From the NCBI GenBank assembly GCA_004431415.1, contig QPMI01000155.1, positions 1 to 22,651 of the forward strand: DNA of 22,651 nt, read 5' to 3'. Shown piece by piece: positions 18,698-22,651 of this stretch; positions within the stretch are counted from its first letter, which is position 1, and each line of letters opens with the position of its first letter. Made by a program: the position numbers and the translations under genes. Source of the DNA: Cyanophora paradoxa CCMP329. Lineage: Eukaryota > Plantae > Glaucophyta. The notes under the pieces are model-generated. The model saw nothing but the letters and a program-made list of their open reading frames with translations. It did no database searches and was not told where the DNA came from.

Positions 18698-19398
18698 CCC
18701 CTACACCCCCTGGGCCAAACATGATCTAGATCTCGTGATTCAAAATCGCATGTTCATATTCGATTTTCTCCAATTGGGGGCCCGGCGGGGCCGACGTCGC
18801 GCGCACGTGTTTAGAGTAACTTTAGGCCGATATCGATCGCGGGCGCTAGCACGCGCACGGGCACAACGGCGTTGCATGTTGCGTCGAGCTTGCAAATGAA
18901 TTAGTTGCGGGGGATATGGGGATTGCGCAGGCCTAGGTATATATCGATATCGATTAGTTCCGAATTTGAATAATTTTTATAAACCAAGGAACAAGCTTAA
19001 GCATATAACTAAGCTTGAGCAGTTTATGAAAATCAGCTGAACGCTGCGGGGCCGGGCGGATTGCGGATTAGATCTATATTGTGAGCCATTGGCAATTGGA
19101 TCTAGAGTTTCAAAACCAACGACGAATATTTTGATTTCGGCCACAGAATTCGAAGAACGTCTCTTGCACTTCCAGGGGGGGAATCGTGATCATGAGAAAG
19201 CTACAGAGCCATCATGCATATGAGCATGATCCACAATTAATAAAAACAGCCATGGCGTGCGAGAAGAATATTCGGAATCGAGGACATGAAAAATATTCGA
19301 GGGCATGCGAAACAAACGATGCACAACTGGCGTACAAATCGTACATATACGCATACGCATGCACACATGAAACAAATTTCCCCCTCGGCTCCTCTCGG

Positions 19399-22300
19399 TC
19401 AACCCTGGGATCCGGATCCAGAGAACGATCCGCCAGAGGACGTGATTTTGATCTGGTGGCAGAGATTGTAGAAGGAAGCGAGCCTGCCCAAGTGGATTGA
19501 TTGCACGTTTGAGAGGCGCCATGGCCAGCAATGCAGAATGAGAATAATCAACATTTAGTCCTGCTGACCAATTTTTCGAGGCGTCGTCGATTACTTTCTT
19601 GAAGAAATCGTTGACCTTGGAATTAAAAATCGATGCAAAACGTGAGCCCGAATCCCCAGCGCAAACCCCTCGGACGAGCAGGCACCTGCTCTTCAGTCTC
19701 TAGCTTGAGATGCATGCCCAGGCGCTGCCTTGTGTCTTGCGTGGCCTCAGGCCCGTACATCTGAGGGCGCGGCGCGGGGTGAGCGTGCCGCTGGAGCGCG
19801 CGTCTGGCGGCAGGGAAGGCGTTTGGGGACCAGCATGCAGAGGTGGAGGAGGAGGTTGGCGTTCTTGCGGAGGACGGCGAAGGCCTTGCAGCCCAGCTCC
19901 ACGAAGCTGCAGAGGGGCCGGGGCGGCTCCCGATCAGGGGAAGACGCCATTGCGAACAGAAATGAAACATGGCGCACATCTCGACCAGGTTCTCCTCTTT
20001 CCCGTCTCCTTCAAGAACATACCTGAAGCTAATTTGAGAACAAAGTAGCAGCAGCAGCATGCGCAGGCACAATTCGCAAGAACTCAAAGAACGATTGCGA
20101 GCGCACGCATACTCGGGGGTGAAGAGGAACGGTGTCGTTTCTCGCGGAATAATCCCAAAAATCTTCCTTACTTGTCTGAGCCGCGAGATCAGGCCATCAA
20201 GCCAAAACAAAAATACATCGCATAGATCGGGATAAAGGCCTGCTCTATAGCTAGTCCTGATCCTCGGATGCATATAGTCATTGATAGTTCAAGCCATTCT
20301 CCGGTCCTGGTTAGCTGAAGCTTAAGGCTTGTCCGGGTGGCCACCCACTGGGCCATCATGTGGAATTGGGCATTGCGATCGATATCGCTGCTCACCCTTG
20401 GTACCGCCCGAAATCGATGTCTGCAGGCGGAATCGCGATCCGAGTCGGCGGTCGATCGCGAGTGGGAGTGAGCTGCAAGGATGTGCGGGGCGGGGCGCAC
20501 GGAACATGCGGCCGTCGTCGAAGAGCATCACGTTGTCGTTGTGCCGGTCGCACAGCCCCAGCACGTACGTCCTGAATCCCGAGCATGGTTCGGGTGATAT
20601 GGGCCGGGGCGGCGGGGCGCGGCGGGGCGCACGCGACGCAGTATCCGGCGTAGGTGGTCGCGAACTTCTTCCTCGCCTCCAGGAAAGCTTCCCCTGCGCC
20701 CGCGCCCGTGCCCACGACTGCGATTAGCTGAGAGAAGCTTGAGACGGCCCGCGCGTGCATCCGTCATCCGCCCGCATGTCAGCCAGCGCGCGCGCGCGCG
20801 CACCTGTCGTGTTCTTTTCTTGGAGCCAGTTGTAGATAGCCTGAAAGTTGGTTCCATAGTTAGCGCCGAGGCAGAGGTCGCCGACCGGCCGGGGCGAGGA
20901 GAGGACCGTCTTTTTGCGGACAATCCCCTTCACGCCCGAAAGGCGCTCAATCTCGCCCTGCGCAGTGCGCACGCGTCGGCGCCGCGCATCCCGGGCCGGC
21001 CGAGGGAGCGATCATGGCCAAATTAAACTCGCGCGAAAGCGAAAGCGGACGCACGATCGTCTTCGCATTCTTGACCACCTCGATCACGCCCGATCCGCGG
21101 CCCGTCGAGAAGCACTAGAGGCAGCGTTCGAATTAGAGACTCAACACGTGCACACGATCGAGTGGATAATGGGATGGGATGGACAACCTTGTAGGGGGTT
21201 AGCATCAGGAACAACTTCTCCTTGCCCTCCTTCTCTTCATTCCACAGCTGCGCTCGCGTCGGATGAATCAAAGCTGCAGGGAGCTGAAGGCGGCACTACA
21301 AAATGCATCCGGGCTTACCCTGTCCATGACACAGAGCATTTTCAGGAACATTTCGTCGGCCCGCAGATCCTGCGAGCCAGCGCGATGAGCCCGAGGCACC
21401 CAACGTGCACATGCGGAATTCAGGTCCGCAGGAAGGGCGGACCTGCCCAGCCTTGAAGATCACGCGGATGTGCGTCTCCTCTTTCGTGTCCTCGCGGAAG
21501 GGCTTGTGAGTCTTGAGCTGCGGTTTCGATAGATAGAAGTCAGGCAGGCGTCGACACGAAAACACGTGCACGGCCACGGGCGTCGCTGATCATGATCATG
21601 AGGCAACGCGCCTTGTTTATCCACTTGTGCACGGCATGCTTCGCGCTCGCTTTCGTGCTCGGCCATGGCCATGTTCTCATCAAGTCGTACACCCTGGCGG
21701 CCGCTTTGGATTCCTCCGGATCCTCCGCAGCCGCGGCCGACGTCCGAGTCGGCGCGGAGACGACGATGGGCCCGACGGACCCCGACTCGGTCCTGGCGAT
21801 CGGCGCCGGCCGCGGCGTGCGGCTGCCGGCGGCGGCCGCCGGCTCCGCAACGCGCTGCCCGGTGAACGTGAGCTCGTACGGGCACTGCAAAAAGCGTCGA
21901 AGTCAGCCGCTCGGTGTCTGCGACGCGCACGGCCACCGCGGACCTTGCCCGAGTTGTACACCTTGTACGTACCCTCTGGCCCTGGCTTCGACAAGTCTAC
22001 TCCGCTGATCTGACCAGGATAATAACGTCCTTCATTGCCCTTTCGTGCGCATCGGGAGGTTTGGATGCGGACCTGGAAGTAGGGGTCGACGGGGACGGTG
22101 AAGGTCTTCGGGACGCGGCCGCTCCCCTGCGCCTCCTCCACGAGCTGCCTCAGGACCGCCGGCAGGTCGCTCCCGTCTGCCTTCTTCTTCTTCACGATGA
22201 GCCTGCCGCAGAACCGTGAGAAGCGCCCGAGCTCGTCCCAACTGCAAGGGCGCAGGCGGCGGAACGCGGCGCACTTCTTGGCGATCTCGCCGGCGAGCTC

Positions 22301-22651
22301 CACGAACGCCACCTGGTCGTCGAGGAACGAGTGCCCCGCCTTCCTGCAGCAAAGCTGGAACTGGTCCAACAGGACCTGCGTTCGAGTCCGCCTGAGTTCA
22401 CTTCGACTTGCGGGCACATGTATGGAAAGGCGTATCGCATGGCCACGGGTACCTTGCAGCGATGCCCCCATGCACTCTCTTCGCCCTCGGCCCACTGTAC
22501 AGCACGCGCACGGCTCACGATCGCGAGAGCGCCGGGAAGATGTGCCGGGGGATCGATCCGGAGCACCTTGAGGGCCCAGAAGACGGAAGTGCCGACGAGG
22601 TGCGGGTTGCGGAGGCCCCGCCAGAAGAGGAGCCGCACGAGGGGCCCGTCG
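19399..22651 (-). CDS. Phosphatidylinositol 3-kinase catalytic subunit (class I/II-like), 3' part, multi-exon; 5' end outside window
   Basis: Helical-domain end (LFWRGLRNPHLVGTSVFWALK), RVIFK|..DLRADEMFLKML, LTPYKV, GVIEVVKNAKTI, FATTYAGYCVA|TYVLGLCDRHNDNVMLFDDGRMF|HIDFG, RETTPFLFTPE, CKAFAVLRKNANLLL, and last exon LASFYNLCHQIK..SQG* (TGA 19399-19401). Confidence 0.92.

Noticed and set aside
18900-19390. AT-rich intergenic hairpins (e.g. CAAGCTTA..TAAGCTTG at ~18991-19017) and ORF 19186-19500
   Set aside because: Short palindromes are common here, no RNA family is recognisable, and the ORF overlaps the PI3K last exon antisense.

Overview
Eukaryotic, GC-rich genomic DNA with many small introns (probably an alga or protist; a glaucophyte-like host is my inference). 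The window has two parts. (1) 1 to ~12.5 kb looks like the right-hand part of an integrated, virus-like element with compact, almost intron-free genes. It carries: a giant frameshifted protein (Gly-rich linker, hydrophobic segment, long coiled coil, hydrophobic helical bundle, phage tail-fibre repeats, peptidase-S74 chaperone); a convergent FN3-repeat/Gly-rich protein; a divergent, internally duplicated beta-rich capsid-like ORF; a degenerate HNH protein; and two orphan ORFs. It also has three copies of a directional cis element, CCTGGGAC(TTGGGAC)6-8TTGGGAAGAGTT plus a conserved tail, and a palindrome-dense candidate terminus. No polymerase, integrase or packaging ATPase is visible, so the element class is unresolved. 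(2) ~12.6-22.65 kb is host sequence: a plant/group-X type 6-phosphofructokinase-like gene (minus) with GGDG changed to GGKE, head-to-head with a bacterial-type MTHFR/MetF gene that has a transit-peptide-like N-terminus (plus), then the 3' part of a PI3-kinase gene (minus). About 40% of the host introns I reconstructed use GC donors. Many frameshifts in the element look like single-base deletions and may be sequencing or consensus errors.
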